A stretch of 64,000 bases of DNA. Origin: Vicinamibacteria bacterium (GTDB taxonomy: Bacteria > Acidobacteriota > Vicinamibacteria > Marinacidobacterales > Marinacidobacteraceae). Location: the NCBI GenBank assembly GCA_963555995.3, contig OY821641.1, forward strand, positions 1,792,001 through 1,856,000, written 5' to 3'. The position numbers and the translations under genes are program-made. Shown one piece after another: positions 20,853-29,343 of the stretch (within the stretch, counting starts at the first letter, position 1; each line of letters begins with the position of its first letter). The notes beneath the pieces are model-generated. The model was not told where the DNA came from. It saw nothing but the letters and a program-made list of their open reading frames with translations, and searched no databases.

Positions 20853-21405
20853 TTAACAGCCTGTGGTGAAACCCACGTGAGCGCCGAGACGGGTGAGGCG
20901 CCCGGCTGACAAGGCGCGTGAGGGAGGAATACCGGGTGTATTCCGACCGAAACGCAACGCAGAGCGCCTCGGAGAGGCGCGGTTCAGCCGGGATGCATCG
21001 CCCGTCGAACGCCGCGTGGGTTTTGCCACAGGCTGTTAGCAGCCTGTGGTGAAACCCACGTGAGCGCCGAGACGGGTGAGGCGCCCGGCTGACAAGGCGC
21101 GTGAGGGAGGAATACCGGGTGTATTCCGACCGAAACGCAACGCAGAGCGCCTCGGAGAGGCGCGGTTCAGCCGGGATGCATCGCCCGTCGAACGCCGCGT
21201 GGGTTTTGCCACAGGCTGTTAGCAGCCTGTGGTGAAACCCACGTGAGCGCCGAGACGGGTGAGGCGCCCGGCTGACAAGGCGCGTGAGGGAGGAATACCG
21301 GGTGTATTCCGACCGAAACGCAACGCAGAGCGCCTCGGAGAGGCGCGGTTCAGCCGGGATGCATCGCCCGTCGAACGCCGCGTGGGTTTTGCCACAGGCT
21401 GTTAA
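20853..21405. mobile_element. Three identical tandem MITE-like elements (179 bp each, 183-bp period)
   Basis: Copies at 20857-21035, 21040-21218 and 21223-21401; 21-bp TIR CAGCCTGTGG(TG/CA)AAACCCACG; junctions TTAA/TTAG/TTAG/TTAA. Confidence 0.8.
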
Positions 21406-22550
21406 CGGCTCGCCACGAACTTCTGGGCGCGGCGGCCGGTGTTCACCTCGGCGGTGTAGAAGTTGCCCATGGAGTCCACCACCACGTTGTGGACCCAGTG
21501 GAAATGCCCGGAATGGCGCCCGCGGCGTCCAAAGAAGGACTCGACCTCCAGCGCGGCCCGGTTGATGATGTGGATCCGCTGGTTCGTGCCGTCGGCGTTG
21601 TAGAGGTCGGTCTGTCCGTCGTCGGGTGACAGCTCCAGGTCCCAGGTGGAGCCGGCGCCGAGGGTGTTGCCCTCCACGATCATCTCGTCCACGTAGGTCC
21701 CGTCCTTTTCGAACACCTGGATGCGGTTGTTCACCCGGTCGGCCACGTACACCATGCCGTCGGTCGCGATCCGCACCGCGTGGACCGGGGTGCGGAACTG
21801 CCGGATCGGCTCGATGCCGGGCTCGAAGGCGCCGGTGTCCTCGTCCGAGGGTTCGTTGCCGTAGGCGCCCCAGTGACGGCGGTACTCCCCGGTCTCGGCG
21901 TCGAAGACGATGATCCGCTTGTTCAGGTATCCGTCGGCGACGTAGAGCTCGTTCGTTGCGGGGTCCACCTCGATGTCGGCGGGCTGTCCGAGGAACTCGG
22001 TGCTGTTGCTGCCCTCGGTGCGCCCCGCCTGCCCGATCTGCATCACGAAGGTCCCGTCGCCGCTGAACTTGAGCACCTGGTGGTCGTCCGGGCCGTTCCC
22101 CGCGAACCACACGTAGCCCAGGTGGTCCACGAAGATGCCGTGCTCGGTGGCGGGCCACTCGTAGCCCTCGCCCTGGTAGCCGTTCTCGTCGCCCCAACTG
22201 TCGAGCAGGTTCCCGGCGGGGTCGAACTTGAGCACCGGCGGCGCGGCGTTGCAGCACGCCGAGACCGGCGGGTCCTGGGCGAGACCGGTCTCGTCGGCGT
22301 TCAGGCTGCGGGGGCGATGGACGAGCCAGATGTTGTCGTCGAGGTCCACCGCGATCCCGCCGACCTCCCCCATCAGCCAGTCGTCGGGAAGCCGCGGCCA
22401 CGACGGGTCCGCCACCGGCGCCCCGCCGCGCCCGCCCTGCGGATCGGAAGCGGTCGCGGTCCCCCCCGTCGTCTCTCCCGGCGGCCCGCAGCCGGCCGCG
22501 AGCGCCAGCGCCAGCAGCGTCACCAAAGGAGCCAGTGTCCTGATCTTCAT
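21402..22550 (-). CDS. NHL-repeat beta-propeller lipoprotein, paralog 2
   Basis: Lipobox LAAGC; nearly the same sequence as paralog 1 after the N-terminus. Confidence 0.85.
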   Translation of the reverse strand: MKIRTLAPLVTLLALALAAGCGPPGETTGGTATASDPQGGRGGAPVADPSWPRLPDDWLMGEVGGIAVDLDDNIWLVHRPRSLNADETGLAQDPPVSACCNAAPPVLKFDPAGNLLDSWGDENGYQGEGYEWPATEHGIFVDHLGYVWFAGNGPDDHQVLKFSGDGTFVMQIGQAGRTEGSNSTEFLGQPADIEVDPATNELYVADGYLNKRIIVFDAETGEYRRHWGAYGNEPSDEDTGAFEPGIEPIRQFRTPVHAVRIATDGMVYVADRVNNRIQVFEKDGTYVDEMIVEGNTLGAGSTWDLELSPDDGQTDLYNADGTNQRIHIINRAALEVESFFGRRGRHSGHFHWVHNVVVDSMGNFYTAEVNTGRRAQKFVASR

Positions 22551-22644
22551 CGCTTCCTCCCCGGGACCGCCGCCCCGGCCGATCGCAGCTTCCGGCGCCA
22601 CCATGGCGCCGAACGGGATGAGTCTATGGGAAAGGTCCGATGCG

Positions 22645-25566
22645 TCAGCGACCGTCGGCCAGCGCCGCGATCACCGCGTCGTGGAACGCCGGACGGAGCC
22701 GGAAGATCCCGTCGTTCTCGCGCGTCGGATAGACGCGGTTGGTGAGCAGCACGGCGAAGAGCTCGCGTTCCGGATCCACCCAGATCGAGGTGCCGGTGAA
22801 CCCGGTGTGCCCGAAGGACGAGGCGGAGAAGTGATCGCCCGCCGACGAGGGGCCGCCGGACGACGTCCGGGACGGGGTGTCCCAGCCGAGCGCCCGGCTG
22901 CTGTCCGGCGCGAGCCCCGCGCGCCGCGTGAACCGGGCGATGGTGCCCGCGCGGAGCAGGCGCTCGCCCTTCATCGTCCCCCCGTTCAGCAGCATCTGCA
23001 GGAAGACGCCGAGATCGCCGGTGGTGCTGAAGAGCCCCGCGTGCGCCGCCACCTCCCCCAGGACCACGGTGTTCTCGTCGTGCACCTGTCCCCGCACCAC
23101 CCGGCCGCGCCACGGGTTGTCCTCGGTCGGCGCGATGCGGTCCAGCCATTCCGGCGGCGGGCGGTAGCGGGTCGTCGTCATGCCCAGCGGTTCGAACAGC
23201 CGCTCCCGGACCAGCACGTCCAGCGGCTTCCCGGAGACCCGCTCGATGATCTCCCCGAGCAGCAGGATGCCGTTGTCCGAATACACGGTGTCGGTCCGTG
23301 GTTCGTAGTCGGACGTCGCGCCCATGATCCGGTCGAAGACCAGCCGTCGCGCCTCGGCGAGCGGGAGGCCGCGCGCTTCGGGGTCGAACTCCAGGTAGAA
23401 CTGGATCCAGGCCGGAAGCCCCGAGCAGTGGGCGAGCAGGTCGGTGACGGTGACGCCGGCCCTCCGGAGGCGCTCCTCCTCCGAAGGCGCCTGGTCGAGG
23501 AACTCCGGGAGGTAGGCGCTCACCGGCAGCGAGATGTCGAGGGCGTCCTCCTCCACCAGCATCATCACCAGGGTGGTGGTGCCGACGACCTTGGTCAGCG
23601 AAGCGAGGTCGTAGATCGTCTCGGGCGTCACCGCGGGCGCGTCCTCGTCGTAGGTCAGGCGGCCGAAGCCCTCCTGCAGCACGACGCCGCCCCGGCGCAC
23701 CACCAGCGCGCTGGCGCCCGGCGTCACTCCCTCGGCGATGGCGCGCTCGATGACCGCGCGGATGTTCTGGATGCCCTGCGGGCTCATGCCTGCCTCCCCC
23801 GGTTCCACCGGGCGGAGCCGCTGCCGCTCCGCTTCCTTCCTGATGCCCGCGCCGGCCGCCGCTTCCTCCAGCGGAATCGGCAGCGCCCCGTCCACCGCGG
23901 CCTCGCCGAAGAGCGCCGCCGCGGCCGCCTCCTGGTTCTCCCGCGCGCCGTCCCAGGCGAGCAGGATCGCCGCCTCGGGCGGCGCGTTCCGGACGCCGTG
24001 CGGGTTGCCGAAAGAAACCACCGCCAGCTTCTCCGCGAAGGGCGTCACCGCGCGCAGCAGTTCCTCGGGCATTTCGAGTCCGTTCTTCCGGAAATCGGCG
24101 ATCACTACCACGTCCGCCCGATCGGCGTCGCGCGCGAACCGCGCGACCGGCAGGGCGCCGTGGCGCGTCGCCGCGATCCTGGACCGCAGCGCGCCCCGCC
24201 GGCGGAGCGCTCCCCGGAAGAAGCGGCGGTCCGGCTCGTAGGGACCTTCCTGATGGACCTCCACCAGGAGGAGGCCCGGGGTCCGGTCGGACGGTCCCGA
24301 CCGCTTCCCGGTGATGCGCGTGGACCAGGGAAGGAGGCCCTCCGGATCGCGCACGAGCGTCAACCCGCGGGCGAAGAGCGACCCGGCCCACGCGCGGGCG
24401 GCCGGATCGCCGAACGCCTCCTCCAGCCGCTCCGGCGGCCGGCGGTCCCCGAAGAGACCGAGCCGGGCCTTCGCGGCGAGCACCCGGAGGACCGCGTCGT
24501 CGAGCCGCGCCTCGTCGAGCCGGCCCGCGCGCACCGCCCGCACGAGCGCCGCGTGCGCCACCACGGGGTCGCGGGGCACCAGGATCACGTCCACCCCGGC
24601 CCCGAGCGCGAGCGCCGCCACCTCACCGTCGAAGCGCCCGGCGCGCGCGCCCTCCATCTCCAGGGCGTCGCTCACCACCAGTCCGGCGAACCCCATCTCC
24701 GACCGGAGCACCCCGCCGAGGATCTCCGGCGAAAGCACCGCGGGCCGGTCGTCCCGGCCGTCGAGCGCCGGCACCGCGAGGTGGCCGGGCATGACCGCGG
24801 AAACCTCCGCCTCCACCGCCGCCCGGAAGGGAGCGAGGTCCACGGCGTCGAGGTGCTCCCGGTCCGCGGGCACGAGCGCGAGTCCGTGGTGGGAGTCCGT
24901 GCCGGTCCCGCCGTGCCCCGGAAAGTGCTTCGCCGTGGCGAGCGCCCCGCCCGCTTCGACGCCGCGCAGGAACGCGACCCCGAGCTCCGCGACGAGACCG
25001 GGATCGGCGCCGAAGGAGCGCGTCCCGATCACCGCGCTCGAGGCGCTCCGGAGGACATCCAGCACCGGGGCCAGCACCAGGTGGACCCCCACCGCCCGCG
25101 CCTCCCGCGCCACGATGCGGCCCTGGCGCTCCAGCGCGGCGGGGTCGGGGGCCGCGCCCGACTGCATCGCCGGCGGGAAGCGCACCCCGCCGGCGGTCCG
25201 CATCGGCGTCCCCCACTCGTAGTCGGCGGCCACCAGCACGGGGACCGGAGCCGCGCTCTGGAGCGCCGACGTCATGCGCCGCGTCCCGTCGGGCGTCCCG
25301 GCGAAGACGACCACCCCGCCGAGCCGGCCCGCCTCCGCCATCGCCAGCAGCTCCCGGCGCTCGGGATCCGCCGCATTCCGGAAGTCGGCAGGCGCCCGCG
25401 GCATCAGCACCTGGCCCACCTTCTCTTCGAGACTCAGGCCCCGGAGCACCCGCCGCGCCGTCTCGGCAGGTTCTTCCGCGCCCGCCGCCGCCACGCTTCC
25501 GAGCACGAGCCAGCTCGCCAGCGCCCGGCGGCGGGCGCTCCGCCGCGCCGTCGCCACCCCTCTCAC
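22645..25566 (-). CDS. GH3 beta-N-acetylglucosaminidase fused to a beta-lactamase-like serine hydrolase (NagZ-AmiE-like)
   Basis: LSLEEKVGQ, KHFPGHG, DSH, VSDALEM; then LASLTK (SxxK), YSD, GLFST, FGHTGFTGT. Confidence 0.88.
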   Translation of the reverse strand: MRGVATARRSARRRALASWLVLGSVAAAGAEEPAETARRVLRGLSLEEKVGQVLMPRAPADFRNAADPERRELLAMAEAGRLGGVVVFAGTPDGTRRMTSALQSAAPVPVLVAADYEWGTPMRTAGGVRFPPAMQSGAAPDPAALERQGRIVAREARAVGVHLVLAPVLDVLRSASSAVIGTRSFGADPGLVAELGVAFLRGVEAGGALATAKHFPGHGGTGTDSHHGLALVPADREHLDAVDLAPFRAAVEAEVSAVMPGHLAVPALDGRDDRPAVLSPEILGGVLRSEMGFAGLVVSDALEMEGARAGRFDGEVAALALGAGVDVILVPRDPVVAHAALVRAVRAGRLDEARLDDAVLRVLAAKARLGLFGDRRPPERLEEAFGDPAARAWAGSLFARGLTLVRDPEGLLPWSTRITGKRSGPSDRTPGLLLVEVHQEGPYEPDRRFFRGALRRRGALRSRIAATRHGALPVARFARDADRADVVVIADFRKNGLEMPEELLRAVTPFAEKLAVVSFGNPHGVRNAPPEAAILLAWDGARENQEAAAAALFGEAAVDGALPIPLEEAAAGAGIRKEAERQRLRPVEPGEAGMSPQGIQNIRAVIERAIAEGVTPGASALVVRRGGVVLQEGFGRLTYDEDAPAVTPETIYDLASLTKVVGTTTLVMMLVEEDALDISLPVSAYLPEFLDQAPSEEERLRRAGVTVTDLLAHCSGLPAWIQFYLEFDPEARGLPLAEARRLVFDRIMGATSDYEPRTDTVYSDNGILLLGEIIERVSGKPLDVLVRERLFEPLGMTTTRYRPPPEWLDRIAPTEDNPWRGRVVRGQVHDENTVVLGEVAAHAGLFSTTGDLGVFLQMLLNGGTMKGERLLRAGTIARFTRRAGLAPDSSRALGWDTPSRTSSGGPSSAGDHFSASSFGHTGFTGTSIWVDPERELFAVLLTNRVYPTRENDGIFRLRPAFHDAVIAALADGR

Positions 25567-26861
25567 GGCTTGCGGAGCAGCACGACGCGGTTGGTGTTCG
25601 TGCCGCGCGTGCGGTTGTCCACCCCCCAGCAGTGCGCGGTCTTGGTGAACCGCTGGTCGTTCACCAGCACCAGCAGCGGTTCGAGCCCCGCTTCCCGCGC
25701 CGCCGGAACCACCAGCGTCTCCAGCAGCAGCCGCCCACCCCGCACCTCGCCCACCTCGAACGCGACGAACCCCGACGGGACGAGGATGCGGCCGAGTTCC
25801 CGGAAGACCCGGGTCATGGCGGCCTGCCAGTCCGGCGCGCGCTTCCAGTGCCACAGCGCCACCTTAGCCGCATCCACCCCGTTGAACCAGCAGCGCAGCC
25901 AGTTGTCGGCGCGGTAGTCCACCACGTCGAGGAACGGCGGCGAGGTCACCACCAGCCGGACGCTCGCGTCCGCGAGCCGCGGCGTCCGGTCGGCGGAGGC
26001 GGTCAGCAGCACGGGATCGGCCTCCGCCAGGCGGCGCGCGTCCTCCGGGCCGAACCGGGCGAGCAGCGAGCGGGACTTCCGCAGGATCAGCGCCTTCACG
26101 TCCCGCTCGGGGGGCGTCTGGTTCCGTCGCTCGTTGATCCGCACCTGCGACCGGACCGACGCCGCCTGGTTGGGAGGCAGCGTGTACACCGAGAAGAACC
26201 CCGGCGAGTGCCCGGTGAGCCGGTTGGTCGCCACCATCCCGATCCAGCGGTCCACCCGGTCCGCCGTCCCCCGGGCGGCCCGGTCGAGGAGTTCCCGGCG
26301 GAGGTTCACGACGCGACGGAGGGTGGCCGGGTGGTAGAAGGCGAGCAGGTCGCCGGGGGTCTCGCACGGCCGTTCGAGGTCCAGCGAATCCAGCCGCCCG
26401 GCGACCGCGGCGAGGTCCGGCGGGTCGAAGCGCGGCCCGAGGAGCGTGGCGCTCAGCGGGTTCAGGTCCGAGCCGGCGGCGCGGCGGCCGCGCAGCGCGG
26501 CTTCGAGCGGCGTCGTGCCCCGGCCCATGAACGGGTCGTACACCCGGTCCCCCGGCCGCGTCAGCCGCTCGATGAAGAACCGGGGAAGCTGCGGCTTGAA
26601 GCAGGCGCGGTAGGAGATCTCGTGGAGCGAGTGCGCGGCCCGCTGCTTCGCCGTCCAGAACTCGTTCACAAACACCGGAAGGGAGGTCGCCGGGTCGGGG
26701 AACGGAACGATCCGCGTCCGCTTTCCGAACCGGTCGAACGCCTCCAGCTCCGCCCCGAACGCCGCCACCGAAAGCGGCCCGGCGGCCTCCGGCGCCGGGA
26801 CGAGCCGTCCCGAGGCCGCGGGCGGGAGTTCGGAACGGGCCGTCTCTACCGTTTGCGCCAA
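25563..26861 (-). CDS. Orphan DNA methyltransferase (likely N4-cytosine)
   Basis: YRACFKPQLP, YDPFMGRGTT (motif I), VTSPPF (motif IV). Confidence 0.85.
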   Translation of the reverse strand: MAQTVETARSELPPAASGRLVPAPEAAGPLSVAAFGAELEAFDRFGKRTRIVPFPDPATSLPVFVNEFWTAKQRAAHSLHEISYRACFKPQLPRFFIERLTRPGDRVYDPFMGRGTTPLEAALRGRRAAGSDLNPLSATLLGPRFDPPDLAAVAGRLDSLDLERPCETPGDLLAFYHPATLRRVVNLRRELLDRAARGTADRVDRWIGMVATNRLTGHSPGFFSVYTLPPNQAASVRSQVRINERRNQTPPERDVKALILRKSRSLLARFGPEDARRLAEADPVLLTASADRTPRLADASVRLVVTSPPFLDVVDYRADNWLRCWFNGVDAAKVALWHWKRAPDWQAAMTRVFRELGRILVPSGFVAFEVGEVRGGRLLLETLVVPAAREAGLEPLLVLVNDQRFTKTAHCWGVDNRTRGTNTNRVVLLRKP

Positions 26862-26972
26862 GTCCAGAGTCCGACGCGGACGCCGCGCCCGCCGGACCGC
26901 GATGCTACCAACCCGAACGTCGCGCCCGACCGGGGCGCCGGCCCCCGCCCGGCGTGGGACGACGCGGCCGAT

Positions 26973-27248
26973 TCAGGGATCGCTTCCGGACGGTTCGGCC
27001 GGCGTCTCCTCGATCGGCAGCAGCCGGAGCACGCCCTCGATGCGGGAAACCCGCCGGTCCAGATCGTCGAGGCGCGTCTCGATGCGATCCATGCGCGCCT
27101 CGATGCGATCCATACGGGCGTTCAGCCGCTCCTCGAGCCGATCCAGGCGCGCGTTCAGGTGCGCGAAACCAAAACCGGCAATGCCCAGCATCAGGGCGGC
27201 CTGCGCCACCCCGAGCGAGACGAACGGAATCCACTCTTTCTTCTTCAC
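26973..27248 (-). CDS. Small TM-anchored coiled-coil protein
   Basis: GTG with GGAGG RBS; hydrophobic segment then heptads ARLDRLE/ARMDRIE/ARMDRIE ending SRIEG. Confidence 0.7.
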   Translation of the reverse strand: MKKKEWIPFVSLGVAQAALMLGIAGFGFAHLNARLDRLEERLNARMDRIEARMDRIETRLDDLDRRVSRIEGVLRLLPIEETPAEPSGSDP

Positions 27249-27438
27249 GTTCCCTCCGGGCGTCTCCCGCCCATCGGACCCGTCCGGTCTATCGGAGAAC
27301 GTACCGGCGGGGCTCGTCGAACAATCGGGATTCAAGGTCTCCCGCTGGGAACGGCCCACGCGGCGCACGGCTCACTGCCTCCAACGCAGAGCCTAGCAGC
27401 CTCAACGTAACGTCAACCTGCGCAAATGACGGAACGGC

Positions 27439-27463
27439 TTGGAACGCCGGTCTCCAGACCGGC
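27439..27463 (+). repeat. Single REP-like palindrome
   Basis: TTGGAACGCCGGTCTCCAGACCGGC. Confidence 0.65.
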
Positions 27464-27540
27464 ACCGCGGCGCTCCGCGCCCGACGCAACCCCACCCGCA
27501 ACAAGGGAGTTCCCGCCCCGCCGAATAGACTCCGAGAGCC

Positions 27541-27702
27541 ATGAGCGGGACCCCCGAGATCTGGCTTGCCACCGTCTCCATCGTCGTTGCGATCGCGCTT
27601 TCGACCGCGTTCCTCCACCGGGAGTTTGCGTCCCTCCGCGAACGGCTGGCGAGGCTGGAGGGAGCCATCGAAGGCTTCTTCGCGGGGAAGGCGGCGCCGT
27701 AG
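27541..27702 (+). CDS. 53-aa TM/coiled-coil small protein (absent from the ORF track)
   Basis: MSGTPEIWLATVSIVVAIALSTAFLHREFASLRERLARLEGAIEGFFAGKAAP*; TAGACT just upstream. Confidence 0.65.
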   Translation: MSGTPEIWLATVSIVVAIALSTAFLHREFASLRERLARLEGAIEGFFAGKAAP

Positions 27703-27724
27703 TCCCACCGCGCCGGGTGCGCCC

Positions 27725-28627
27725 GTGAGCACGGATCGCGAAATGCCGAGCCGGTCCAAGGGCGGCCTTCCGCCCACACAGCGGCCCGACGACCCGCCCG
27801 GGATGGCGGCCATCCGGCGCTTCTTCGGGCACCCGGTCTTCCAGGGGATCTGGGCGTGGCTGCGCGCGATCGGACGCGGCATCCGGGCCGTGTGGAAGTG
27901 GCTCGACCGGAACGCCGGCCCCATCGCGCGCGGCATCGAGAAGGCGGGTGACGTGGCCGCCCGCGCGTCGCGGGCCACGGTGCACGTCGGGCAGGCGGCG
28001 GTGGAGATCGGGGGGAAGGTCAACGATTGGGGCCGGCAGCGCGGCGCCGCCGGGGGTGCGAAGCTGCGGCGGGCCGGCGCGCGGATACGCGACTTCGGCC
28101 GCCACGCCGCCCGGATCGGACAACGGGCCGAAGACACCGCCGAGACCGTGGAGGACCTGGGCGGGGAGCTCGCCGGGCTCACCGAGGGAGACGGCGGCGC
28201 GAAGCCCGCCGCGACGGCGACTCCGCTCCCCTCGCCGCGACCCGCACCCTCCGCCACCTCCCGCGTGCGGCCCCCGGAGCCTCCGGCGCCCAGCCCCGCG
28301 CCCCCGCCTGCCGCCCCGGCGGAACCGCCCCCGGACACGGCAGCGCCGCAACCGGGTGAAGCCGACGGAGCACTCCCCGAAGCGTTCCACGAGCGCATCC
28401 GCGCTCTCGGCAAGCGCCGCCGATCCAAGCCGCTCCGGCAACTCATCGCGGACATCTGCGCGTTTCGGAAATGGACCACCGTGGGCGAACTCGCGGGATG
28501 GCTCGGGATGGACGCCAGCAACCTCCAGAAGCGCCATCTCCGGCCGTTGTTGAAGGCGGGCCGGCTGCGGCTTCGTCATCCCGATAACCCACGCCATCCA
28601 GAGCAGGCGTACCGGACCGTCGCCTGA
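27725..28627 (+). CDS. Hypothetical protein with C-terminal winged-helix domain (Fic-C-like)
   Basis: Amphipathic N-terminus, Pro-rich linker, TVGELAGWLGMDASNLQKRHLRPLLKAGRLRLRHPDNPRHPEQAY. Confidence 0.65.
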   Translation: MSTDREMPSRSKGGLPPTQRPDDPPGMAAIRRFFGHPVFQGIWAWLRAIGRGIRAVWKWLDRNAGPIARGIEKAGDVAARASRATVHVGQAAVEIGGKVNDWGRQRGAAGGAKLRRAGARIRDFGRHAARIGQRAEDTAETVEDLGGELAGLTEGDGGAKPAATATPLPSPRPAPSATSRVRPPEPPAPSPAPPPAAPAEPPPDTAAPQPGEADGALPEAFHERIRALGKRRRSKPLRQLIADICAFRKWTTVGELAGWLGMDASNLQKRHLRPLLKAGRLRLRHPDNPRHPEQAYRTVA

Positions 28628-28666
28628 TCCGGGGTTTCCGGCCGGGGTTGACGGCAACGCCGCGGG

Positions 28667-29026
28667 AGCAATGGTCAAACCCGCCGAGCAATGGTCAAAG
28701 CAATGGTCAATTCGCCGGGAGCAATGGTCAATTCGCCGAAACAGGCCGGAAAGCAATGGTCAAACCGCGAATTCGGGGGCTTTTCCGGGAATTCGGACGC
28801 TTCGGCGGTTCTCTGCCGGATTCGGTTCCTACCGGCTGGAACCGGCTGAATTCGGCTGGTATTCGGTAGTCCCGGTCCTTTCTAGCGGCGGATTCCGGTC
28901 CGGGGACCGGGTTCGCGGAACAGCAGGAATCGGCTCCGGCGAGCTCTGGTCAGATACCGGCTGACGCGCGGCAGCAATGGTCAAACCCGACGGAGCTCTG
29001 GTCAATGTGCGGCGAGCTCTGGTCAA
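28667..29026 (+). repeat. Direct-repeat array AGC(AA/TC)TGGTCAA in two clusters
   Basis: AGCAATGGTCAA at 28667, 28687, 28699, 28720, 28752 and 28973; AGCTCTGGTCA(A/G) at 28942, 28994 and 29015. Confidence 0.85.
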
Positions 29027-29080
29027 TTCACCGGAACGCAGCCCCACCGGTACGCCCACCGTCGTGATGGCGCCGCCGGC

Positions 29081-29323
29081 TTGGAGCGCCGGCTTCAGCC
29101 GGCACCGCGGGCCGCAGGTCCGCGGATGTCGTGTCGCTGTTTGCGGTGATGGGCCGGAAACCGCGCGCTGTCGCGCGGGGCAGCGTCGTGCAGTCCGCTG
29201 CGCTGCGCGCAGCGGGTGCCGGCTGAAGCCGGCGTTCCAAGCCGGTGCGCCATGCGGCTACTCAGCCATTTGCGGTTTCGCTGCGCTGCGCGCAGCGGTG
29301 CCGGTCTGAAGACCGGCGGTCCC
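29081..29323. repeat. REPIN plus third REP arm
   Basis: TTGGAGCGCCGGCTTCAGCCGGC at 29081; inverse 29218-29240; GCCGGTCTGAAGACCGGC at 29300. Confidence 0.8.
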
Positions 29324-29343
29324 GGGTACCCGAGTGACGGGAA

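Noticed and set aside
20853-21405. CRISPR array
   Set aside because: Units are entirely identical 183-bp copies with no unique spacers, and there are no cas genes
20509-22401. 630-aa ORF reading through the tandem MITEs
   Set aside because: Alternative frame over two real NHL genes; open only because of high GC and a 61-codon repeat period
22228-25917. 1229-aa plus-strand ORF (also 10029-12332, 43035-45077, 46637-49369)
   Set aside because: Antisense shadows of well-supported minus-strand genes
28648-28869. SNGQ-repeat peptide ORF
   Set aside because: Repeat spacings of 20 and 32 bp break the frame, so the constraint appears to be on DNA
28667-29026. CRISPR or mini-CRISPR
   Set aside because: The repeat is only 12 bp with 0-20 bp gaps inside clusters; not CRISPR geometry
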